Positions 26,991-36,082 of a stretch of 37,570 nt of DNA are shown here, piece by piece. Within the stretch, counting starts at the first letter, position 1. Each line of letters opens with the position of its first letter. Origin of the DNA: Planctomycetota bacterium (GTDB lineage: Bacteria > Planctomycetota > B15-G4 > SIAN01); assembly GCA_031409275.1 (NCBI GenBank), contig JANNXA010000046.1, positions 1 through 37,570 of the forward strand, read 5' to 3'. The notes under the pieces are model-generated. The model had not been told where the DNA came from and ran no database searches. It was given only the letters and a program-made list of their open reading frames with translations. A program made the position numbers and the translations under genes.

Positions 26991-28789
26991 GCCGCGCGCG
27001 TCGGGCGAAGTGGACCGCCGCGGCCCTCGCGATCTTGGTCGCGGGAGTGGGAGCGTGGTGGGCGGTCCAGCGCGCCGCGACGCCACGCGTCTTGCTGCCG
27101 CTGCGCCCCGTCGAAGGCGCTGCCCTCGAAGCGGCGCACGCGGCGCCCGTCGAGGCGGGCAGCGGCGCGGAGCCGGTCGTGCTTCGCGAAGCCGATGTCG
27201 TGGCGAGCGCCGCTTCGAAGGCCAGCGCCGATTGGCAGCCGCTCGTGTTGCGTGTCCGTGACGCGACCAGCGGCGTCGAACTGCGCGATGTCGCGGTGAA
27301 TCACCGATCAGACGGCAGCGGCCCGTTCGCTCGGGCGGATCGCGATGCCACCCTGCTCACGCGCGGCGATTCGCCGTTGCGGCTGCAACCGCCGGGCGCG
27401 ACGGCGCGGCTCGGGCAGCTCACCGTGGACGCGGCTGGCTACGAGCCCGCGCCGCTGCGCATCGACTGGAGCAGTGGCGGTGAGCGGTCGATCGTGCTGC
27501 AACCCGCCGGCGCGCTGGTCGTCGAGGTGCGCGACGTGCCGATCGGCAGCCACCTCGCGGTGCGCGTCTACGACCGCTCGCGCTCGCTCGCGCGACTCGA
27601 AAAGATGCTGCGGCGCGTCGACGGAAGCACGGTCGTCGCCGGCACGCATTGGAGCGAACGTCAGCGCGCGGCGATGTCCTGGTTGCGTCGGCTCGGCGGG
27701 CCGGCGCTCGGGCTCGAGACGCCCGGTGATCTGTTGCAGCAGATCCTCGCGGACGGCCAGCTCGATCTCGATGGCGAAGGGCGCGCTCGTTTCGAGGGGC
27801 TGCGCGGCGGCGACTGGCTCGTCGCGGTCTTCACCACCGACCGTCGGCGGCGCGCGTGGGTCGCGTGGGGCGACGCCTTCGTGCAGCCGGGTCGCGAGTC
27901 GCGCGTCGAACTGAGCTACGAAGCGCCGCCGGAGCCGCCGCTCGTCGCGGTGGCGGGCACGTTGATCGTCGATTCCGGTTGGCTCGAGCCGGGCGCGCCG
28001 CCGCTGCCACGCGAGATGGAGATGCGGTCGACGGAACCGAGCTCGATCACGTCAGGGATGGGCGGTCGCCTCAGCGTCGCGCTCGAAGCGACCGGCACTC
28101 CCGGTGTGCTGCACTTCGACGCGGGCGAGTGGCCGCCGGGCGACGCGGCCGTGACCCTCGATGTCTGGCAGTGCGAACTCGCCTTCACGGTGCCGGAAGC
28201 GGGCGAGCGAGAACTCGAGCTGCGAATCGCGCCGCCTGCCGACGTGGAGTTGCAGGTCGGCGACCTTGTCGGTGCGCCGTACCCCGGTGCCTGGGTGCTT
28301 TGGCGCGTGATCGACGATTCACGCGAGCCGCTCGACTCGGCCTTCCCGGTGCTTCGCAGCGATGCGGCGGGCCGCGTCGACTTCCGTGCGCCGGCGGGCG
28401 CGATCGAGCTGCGCGTGGCCACCGAAGCGCCGCAGTTGAGCCTGTTCCGCAGCTCGCACGTGCTCGTCCCGGGCCGGAACTTCCTGGCGGCCACGGCGCG
28501 CCGGCCGGCCGCGGTCGAGGTGACGCTGCGCGAGGGGAGCGCGTGCGTCCCATGGGAGTGGTACTTCGGCTTCGCCGCGATGGGGGAGCGTGGCCCGATC
28601 GCGCAGGTCGGCCTCTTTTCGGCGAGCGGCGACCACGACCCGTCGATGACGCTGCTGCTCGACGGAGAGGGGCCGGCGCAGCTGATCGCTCTGGATGTCG
28701 AGGGCTACTTGCCGTCCGCGCCGGTGCCGGTCGAACTGGTGCGCGGCGCCACCGCGACGGTCGAGGTCGCGCTGCGCCGCCGCAACTGA
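26987..28789 (+). CDS. membrane-anchored protein with carboxypeptidase-regulatory-like beta-sandwich repeats (600 aa)
   Basis: GTGA overlap with the esterase stop; N-terminal TM WTAAALAILVAGVGAWWAV; beta-sandwich units (LDGEGRARFEGLRGGDW, SDAAGRVDF) resembling the ECF ectodomains. Confidence 0.7.
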   Translation: MSRARRAKWTAAALAILVAGVGAWWAVQRAATPRVLLPLRPVEGAALEAAHAAPVEAGSGAEPVVLREADVVASAASKASADWQPLVLRVRDATSGVELRDVAVNHRSDGSGPFARADRDATLLTRGDSPLRLQPPGATARLGQLTVDAAGYEPAPLRIDWSSGGERSIVLQPAGALVVEVRDVPIGSHLAVRVYDRSRSLARLEKMLRRVDGSTVVAGTHWSERQRAAMSWLRRLGGPALGLETPGDLLQQILADGQLDLDGEGRARFEGLRGGDWLVAVFTTDRRRRAWVAWGDAFVQPGRESRVELSYEAPPEPPLVAVAGTLIVDSGWLEPGAPPLPREMEMRSTEPSSITSGMGGRLSVALEATGTPGVLHFDAGEWPPGDAAVTLDVWQCELAFTVPEAGERELELRIAPPADVELQVGDLVGAPYPGAWVLWRVIDDSREPLDSAFPVLRSDAAGRVDFRAPAGAIELRVATEAPQLSLFRSSHVLVPGRNFLAATARRPAAVEVTLREGSACVPWEWYFGFAAMGERGPIAQVGLFSASGDHDPSMTLLLDGEGPAQLIALDVEGYLPSAPVPVELVRGATATVEVALRRRN

Positions 28790-29799
28790 CCGCACGCCGC
28801 GTCGACGTCGCGGCCGGTCGACGCGCGGATCGTCGAGAGGATGCGGTGGGACTTGACCTGCTCGCGCAGCTCGACGGCGCGCTCGAGCGAGGTCGGCGTG
28901 AACGGCATGCCGGCGACCGGGTTCCAGCGGATGAAGTTGACGTAGCCGCGCACTCCCTTCAGCAGCGCGGCGAGCTGCACGACGTCTTCGTCGCGGTCGT
29001 TCACGCCGGCCAGCAGCGTCCATTCGAAGACGATCGGCTTCTTCTGGAGCGCGGCGTAGCGGGCGGCGCCGGCGACCAGTTCGGCGACCGGTTCCGGGGA
29101 TGCGTGCGGCAGCAGGTCGCGGCGGATCGCGTCATCGGCCGAGTGGAGCGACAGCGCGAGGCACGGTTTCACGCGCGCCGCGGAGAGCCCCTCGAAGGCC
29201 TTCGTCGAGCCGACGGTGGAGAAGGTCTGATGCGCTGGCCCGATGCCGGCGCTCGACTTCAGCATCGCGACCGCCTCGAGCACGTTGGCGAGGTTGTGCG
29301 ACGGCTCGCCCATGCCCATGTAGACGACGCGGTCGATGCGCCGTTCGCGGCGCGCGTGGATCACCTGCTCGACGATCTCGGCGGCGGTCAGGTTGCGCTT
29401 CAGTCCGTTCATGCCGCTGGCGCAGAAGCGGCAGGCGACGGCGCAACCGACCTGGGTCGAGACGCAGACGGCGCCGACGGGCATCGCGACCGTCTCGATC
29501 AGTTCGCCGTCGCGCAGCTTGACCACGAGCCGCGCCGAGCCGTCATCGGAAGGGACGCGCTCGGCGACGCGAGTCGATAGTCCCTCCTGTTCCCAGACCG
29601 CGAGGCGAGCGGCTTCGGGTTTCGACAACGCGAGTGCACGCGCCGCGAACGCGGCCGGCGCGAGCGGCAGGCCCGACATCACCAACCGCCGCGCCATGCG
29701 CGCCTTGGCCGGCGGCAGCAGCGCGTCGAATTCCGGCAATGCCGCCGGAAGCGCGGCGTCGGTGAGAAGAGGGTTCTGCGATGGCGGGTCGTCGATCAC
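28705..29799 (-). CDS. RlmN/Cfr-family class A radical SAM RNA methyltransferase (~364 aa)
   Basis: CVSTQVGCAVACRFC (resolving Cys plus CxxxCxxC), YMGMGEP, LALSLHS, C-terminal DVDAACGQLR. GTG 29799 chosen because TACGAT lies 8 nt upstream. From recall it looks more like the short uncharacterised RlmN paralog clade than canonical RlmN, so no symbol is given. Confidence 0.88.
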   Translation of the reverse strand: MIDDPPSQNPLLTDAALPAALPEFDALLPPAKARMARRLVMSGLPLAPAAFAARALALSKPEAARLAVWEQEGLSTRVAERVPSDDGSARLVVKLRDGELIETVAMPVGAVCVSTQVGCAVACRFCASGMNGLKRNLTAAEIVEQVIHARRERRIDRVVYMGMGEPSHNLANVLEAVAMLKSSAGIGPAHQTFSTVGSTKAFEGLSAARVKPCLALSLHSADDAIRRDLLPHASPEPVAELVAGAARYAALQKKPIVFEWTLLAGVNDRDEDVVQLAALLKGVRGYVNFIRWNPVAGMPFTPTSLERAVELREQVKSHRILSTIRASTGRDVDAACGQLRRRSATSTVAVAPRTSSTGTGADGK

Positions 29800-29851
29800 G
29801 GCGCGGCATCGTAGGCGCGGACAGGCAGGAGCGAGTCGCGGGCTCCTTGTT

Positions 29852-29873
29852 TTGACATCGTTCATGAAACGAT
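29852..29873 (+). promoter_or_regulatory. TTGACA -35 box overlapped by a palindromic operator-like site
   Basis: TTGACA at 29852-29857; inverted repeat ATCGTT-CATGA-AACGAT at 29857-29873 in an AT-rich patch between divergent genes. Confidence 0.5.
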
Positions 29874-30050
29874 CGTGGATCGTGTAGGAACCGCGGATCG
29901 GCACGGTTGTCGGCGCCGTCGAGGATCAGTAAAAACCCTCCCCTCCCAAACGGGAGAGAGGGTCGCGCACCGGCCTCGGCGCGCCGCGGAGAGGGAACCG
30001 CGGCGCTGTCTGAACGCCGCGTGCTCTTTCATTTTTTGGAGCGTCACTGC

Positions 30051-31073
30051 ATGCGATCGAACGTCCTTTCCGCTCTCGTCATCGTCGCGCTCGCCGCGTC
30101 GCCGGCGTTCGGCGACACCGTCAAGTTGAAGAACGGCGACACGCTCACCGGCAAGGTGGTGAGCATCCTCGACGGCAAGCTCACGCTGGCGACCGATGCC
30201 GCGGGTGAGATCAAGCTCGACGTCGCGCAGGTCGAGACGCTCTCGACCGATGCACCGATCACGGTCGAGCTGCCGGGCGGCGCGACCTTCTCGGGCAAGG
30301 CGGTGGCGGCCGCTGGCGGGAACATCACCGTCGAAGCGGACGGCGTCGGCACCCAGACCGTGGCGCTTGGCGCGGCCGCGATCAACAAGCCGGCCAAGCC
30401 GGCGCGCGCGTGGACCGGCTCCGTCGCCGGCGCCGCCACGTGGACGCGCGGCAACACCTACACGCAGACCGTCGCGCTCGACGTCAACGCGGTGAACCGC
30501 GGCGAGATCGACCGTCTGACGTTCAGCGGCTGGTACCGCACGGGTCGCCAGAAGGACCAGAACACGGGCGTCACCTCGACGTCCGAGCGTCGCCTCGGCG
30601 CGGGGCTGAAGTACGACTACTTCATGGCCGAGAAGGCGTACTGGTACGCCAACATGCTGGCCGAGAAGAACGCGATCGCGGCCCTCGACCTGCGCTTCGT
30701 CGCCGGTCTCGGTCTTGGCTGGCAGTTCATCGAGAACGCGACCACGAACCTGAACGCGGAAGCGGGCCTCTCGTGGTTCTCCGAGAACTACTCGAACGGG
30801 ACCTCTTCGGTCGACGAGATCGCGGCACGCGCCGCCTTCCACTTCGACCACAAGTTCGACGAAGTCCACTCGATGTTCGACGACACCGAGTTCTTCAAGA
30901 TCTTCGGTGACCCGCGCGACTACCTGGTGAAGACCAAGGGCGGGTTCCGGCAGAACTTCTCGGCGAGCTTCTTCGCGCAGGAGTGGGCCGAGTTCTATTG
31001 GGATCCGACGCCGGCCGCCGGCAAGAAGCGCACCGACGTCACCTACTTCGTGGGTGTCGGCTGGAACTTCTGA
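30051..31073 (+). CDS. DUF481/YdiY-like outer-membrane beta-barrel protein (340 aa)
   Basis: GGAG RBS; signal peptide ending PAFG; N-terminal DTVKLKNGDTLTG; WTGSV...RGNT barrel start; alternating amphipathic strands; C-terminal aromatic GVGWNF. Confidence 0.85.
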   Translation: MRSNVLSALVIVALAASPAFGDTVKLKNGDTLTGKVVSILDGKLTLATDAAGEIKLDVAQVETLSTDAPITVELPGGATFSGKAVAAAGGNITVEADGVGTQTVALGAAAINKPAKPARAWTGSVAGAATWTRGNTYTQTVALDVNAVNRGEIDRLTFSGWYRTGRQKDQNTGVTSTSERRLGAGLKYDYFMAEKAYWYANMLAEKNAIAALDLRFVAGLGLGWQFIENATTNLNAEAGLSWFSENYSNGTSSVDEIAARAAFHFDHKFDEVHSMFDDTEFFKIFGDPRDYLVKTKGGFRQNFSASFFAQEWAEFYWDPTPAAGKKRTDVTYFVGVGWNF

Positions 31074-31211
31074 TCCAAGGATGATGGTTTGAATCGACGG
31101 GGCGGCTGCGCAAGCGGTCGCCCCGTCGTCGTTTCGGACCGGCGCCACGCGCCGCGCGCCGCGCGCCGCGCGCCACGCGATCGCGGTCGCGCCGGGCGCC
31201 GGTCGGGAATC

Positions 31212-32891
31212 TCAGCGCGGGGGCAGCGGCGGCAGTGGCGGCAGCGGTGATTGCGACGGCGCCTTCGCCGCCGCGAGTCGCGCCTCGCTGCCGGCATCGA
31301 ACTGCGAAGCCGCCTTGCCGCCGCGCCGCGCTTCGCTCGCGCCTGCAAAACGCTCCTCGCTCGCCCCGCGCAGCCGCAGCTCCGACGCGGCGAGCCAGCG
31401 CCGCTCGCTCGCGCCTGCCGCCAGCCGCGGCTCCGAGGCGCCCGCGGCCAGCGCGCCGGCGGCCAGCGCGCGCCGGAACCAACGCCGCTCGCCGATCCGT
31501 TGCCGTCCCGCGCTCACCGCTCGCACGCGGTAGAGCTCCCAGCGCGCCAGCACGCGGCGACCGCCACGCGCGCCGATTCCGCGGATCTCGACGCTCCACG
31601 GCGCCTCGCGCACGCGCCACGCGGTGCCGCGCCGCTCGATGATGGGGGCACCGCCGCTGCGCGTCACCACGACCGCCGCCGCTGGAACGTCGAGCTCCCA
31701 TTCGCCGGGCCCGAAGGTCGCGGCATCCTCGAATGGCGCCATCGAGCCGGTGGTGAGTTCGCCACCGTCCGTGAGTTCGAGGGTGCCCGCTTCGAGGCCG
31801 CTCGATTCGAGGTCGCCCTCGTCCTCGGTGATTTCGGTGACGAAGTCCCACGCGAACGTCGTCTCCGTCGGGGTGGCTCGCGCGAGCACTCTCGCGTCAT
31901 CGATCGCGCCCTGTCCCGACGCGTCCTCGCGTTGGGGTGAGGTGCGAGGGGCGTCGGCGACCAGCGGGGAGGCGCCACCTGCGCCGCCGCTTCGGCTCGG
32001 CGCCGGTGCGGGCGTGATGGCCAGCCGATCGCTGCGCGGCTCGCTCTTCACTTCGCGGACGGTGAGCCAGTCGACGGGCCCCGACGGCGCCGGATCGCGG
32101 CGCGGGAAATCGACCCGATGCGAGCGAGCGATGGCGGCGAAGCGGCCATCGTCGCCCACGAGACCGAGCTCGACGATCACGGACGAAGTGGGGCGGCCGA
32201 TGTGGTGGAACCGCTGGCGATCGGCGCGACCGATCGCGAGGTCGAAGGAGTGGTGGGCGTTGCTGCCGTCGAAGAGGAGGTCGGTCACGTCATGCACCCG
32301 CAGCACGAGCTGGCCGCTCTCCGATCGGGCGAGCCGTTCGCGCGCGGCGGCGAGGCTGTCGTCGGTCACTTCCCAGTAGATGAAGAGCGAATCGGGGTCG
32401 ACCGCCATCGCGGTGACGCGGTCGCGCCCGTAGCCCCAAGGAATCGTCTGCGTCTTCTCGCGCGCGTCGAGCAGTTGCGTCCATTCGTGCGGGCCGAGCT
32501 CGAACTTGGAGCGCAGCGCCTCCTGTTCCGCTTCCGCGACGTCGACGGCGAGGAGCGCGGCGTGCGGCGGCGCAGCAGTCGCCGCCGGCTTCACGTTCGC
32601 CGCGGCTTTGGCGCCGCGCGCCGCGCGGGCGATCGCCGGGCGCTTCGCCTTCGCAGACGCCTTCGCGGTCGGCTTGGTCGACCGCTTCTTCGCGGCGGCC
32701 GAGCGTGGGCGTTTCGCCTTCGCGGCCGCTTTCTTCTTCGGCGTCGATCGCTTCGCCGCCGTCTTCTTCGCCGCCTTCTTCTTCGGTGACGGCGGCTTCC
32801 GCAGGGGCGCCGCCGGCTTGCGCCGCTTCACCGCTTTGCCTGGCCGAGCGCGTCGTGGCGCACCCGGTTCGTTTCGCTTCTTCTTCGCCAT
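31212..32891 (-). CDS. DUF4912-domain protein with Lys/Ala-rich N-terminal extension and GASE repeats (559 aa)
   Basis: GGAGG 7 nt before ATG 32891; IPWGYGRDRVTAMAVDPDSLFIYWEV and LVLRVHDVT...FDGSNAH...ELG...IARS core motifs. Confidence 0.85.
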   Translation of the reverse strand: MAKKKRNEPGAPRRARPGKAVKRRKPAAPLRKPPSPKKKAAKKTAAKRSTPKKKAAAKAKRPRSAAAKKRSTKPTAKASAKAKRPAIARAARGAKAAANVKPAATAAPPHAALLAVDVAEAEQEALRSKFELGPHEWTQLLDAREKTQTIPWGYGRDRVTAMAVDPDSLFIYWEVTDDSLAAARERLARSESGQLVLRVHDVTDLLFDGSNAHHSFDLAIGRADRQRFHHIGRPTSSVIVELGLVGDDGRFAAIARSHRVDFPRRDPAPSGPVDWLTVREVKSEPRSDRLAITPAPAPSRSGGAGGASPLVADAPRTSPQREDASGQGAIDDARVLARATPTETTFAWDFVTEITEDEGDLESSGLEAGTLELTDGGELTTGSMAPFEDAATFGPGEWELDVPAAAVVVTRSGGAPIIERRGTAWRVREAPWSVEIRGIGARGGRRVLARWELYRVRAVSAGRQRIGERRWFRRALAAGALAAGASEPRLAAGASERRWLAASELRLRGASEERFAGASEARRGGKAASQFDAGSEARLAAAKAPSQSPLPPLPPLPPR

Positions 32892-32970
32892 CGTCATCCC
32901 TCCGTCCGCAGACGATACGTCCGTTTCGCCGCGGAACCGGCGCGGGGACGATCCGTGTGGCTGCGCGGCG

Positions 32971-32976
32971 TAAGAT
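32971..32976 (+). promoter_or_regulatory. -10-like hexamer for ettA
   Basis: TAAGAT followed by GCCGCGCC, the same 8 nt that follow TACGAT upstream of the RlmN-like gene. Confidence 0.45.
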
Positions 32977-33031
32977 GCCGCGCCCTATTTCGGCGGTCGC
33001 GTGGCGGCACCGCTTCCGAGGAGATCGCGCC

Positions 33032-34705
<1,674 letters not shown>

Positions 34706-35000
34706 GCGGCGTCGGGGTCGGTACGAGCGGTCTCAGCGGTCTCAGGCGCTCTCGCGCAACGCCGGCACGCGTCGGCGCGCGCCGCGCTTGCCACCGAGGG
34801 GCAGCAGTCGCGCGACGAAGCGGGTCGCTCTGGCCGCGCGTGGGTGCCACCGGTGCCGATGCCGTCGGCTCCGATCCAAAACGGTTCAAGGTGCGGCGTT
34901 GACGTGGATGGCATCGACGTGGGCGGTGCCTTGGTGGCACGCCATGTCGCGGTGACGATTCGCCGAAGATGACCGGCGGGCGGGCTCGCGCAGGCTCCGG

Positions 35001-35546
35001 TCAGGCGCAGCCGTACCGCGACTTTCGCCAGCGGCTGACTCGTTTGCGGAGAACGGTTGCCGAGACTCCGCGTTCGGCGGCCAACTCGTTCCAGCTCCGG
35101 CCTTCGCAGTGAAGCTCGAGCAGCCGCGCCGGCTCGTTCATGTCGATCGCGGTGTTTGTTTCGGGTGCCTCGACCTCAGCCTTCGGCAGCGGCTCGGCGG
35201 GCGCCGCTAGCCAGCGCAGGTCGGGCAGCGTCTCGATCGTCGCACGTTCGAGCCGCGCTCTCCGTTTCGTCGCAAGCAACTCGAATCGGAGGAAGCGGCA
35301 GACCAGCGGGACGGAGAGGCGCGCCCACTCGATGCCGGCGCTGCTCGCGCGCAGCAGCGCTCCGACGACGAGATCTTCGCTCGACACGAGCGCGTAGTTT
35401 ACGTCGCGGCTGATCCTTCGTGCGATTGCGTGGCAGCGACGCCACTCGAGGTCCGTGAAGCCGGAGTGTGGCTCGGCGGCCGGCGGATCGACGGGAGGAC
35501 GGGAGGACGGGAGGACGGGGCCGCGGGACTCGGTTGTTGAATGCAC
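35001..35546 (-). CDS. divergent stand-alone ECF-type sigma factor / sigma-70 region 4 HTH protein (181 aa)
   Basis: SEDLVVGALLRA resembles region 2.2 (AEDLVQEALLRA); LLELHCEGRSWNELAAERGVSATVLRKRVSRWR resembles the region 4 HTH. GGAGGG 7 nt before GTG 35546. Confidence 0.65.
   Translation of the reverse strand: MHSTTESRGPVLPSSRPPVDPPAAEPHSGFTDLEWRRCHAIARRISRDVNYALVSSEDLVVGALLRASSAGIEWARLSVPLVCRFLRFELLATKRRARLERATIETLPDLRWLAAPAEPLPKAEVEAPETNTAIDMNEPARLLELHCEGRSWNELAAERGVSATVLRKRVSRWRKSRYGCA
35490..35519. repeat. 8-nt tandem repeat (GACGGGAG)x3 plus GACGGG inside the 5' coding region of the sigma gene
   Basis: Directly readable: units at 35490, 35498 and 35506 and a partial unit at 35514. Confidence 0.9.
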
Positions 35547-35706
35547 ATCTCATCCCTCCACTTGTCGAGCTCGGCGGAATGGCGAGATTTCCTAGCGGAG
35601 AAGATGCGCCGCGCAACTTTTTGAAAAGCGGTCACAAACGCGAGGACCAAGGCACTTAAGGCGCAGCGGAATCGCGATGGTGCGGTCGCCGCTGAGGAGT
35701 GAGATC

Positions 35707-36063
35707 GTGTTCCAAGCACAACTGCTCATGTCGGGGACGGACGTCTACAGCCCGTGGTTCAAGCGTGGCGGGGATGGCTTGCGCGCGACGCTCGACTTCG
35801 TCGCCCAGTCGGGAGGCAACGTTCTGACCGTGCGTGCTTTCACGAAGAACGAGGCGGACACCGGCGATGGAACGGACGCAATCTCGGCCGTGACGATCAC
35901 GGCAAGCACGACGCCTGGTCGGTTCACCAGCGAATGGCTGTCGACGGTCAGCACCGGGCTGAAGGAACTCGTGCGGTACAAGTTCTCGCTCGCGAACACG
36001 GCCAGCGGCTGGGCGCTGTTCCGGATGCTTCCGCCGGTCTGGTTCGACGCGGTCAAGATCTGA
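35707..36063 (+). CDS. uncharacterised small beta-rich protein, paralog A (118 aa)
   Basis: GAGGAG (35694-35699) before GTG 35707; MFQAQLLMSGTDVYSPWFKRGGDGLRATLDF...FTKNEADTGDG...ELVRYKF...GWALFRMLPPVWFDA. Its homology to the next ORF supports coding status. Confidence 0.85.
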   Translation: MFQAQLLMSGTDVYSPWFKRGGDGLRATLDFVAQSGGNVLTVRAFTKNEADTGDGTDAISAVTITASTTPGRFTSEWLSTVSTGLKELVRYKFSLANTASGWALFRMLPPVWFDAVKI

Positions 36064-36082
36064 CCCGCCTGGAGTACGAGCC

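Noticed and set aside
28705..29799. Cfr-type antibiotic resistance gene, or a resistance island together with MATE and ABC-F
   Set aside because: The motifs are shared by the whole RlmN family, the ABC-F has EttA signatures, the genes are far apart, and there are no mobility genes.
29887..30003. GGAACC as ECF -35 elements
   Set aside because: No matching -10 element at the usual spacing for either copy.
34726..34745. AGCGGTCTC x2 direct repeat after ettA
   Set aside because: Only two adjacent copies with no spacers; not a CRISPR array and not distinguishable from chance.
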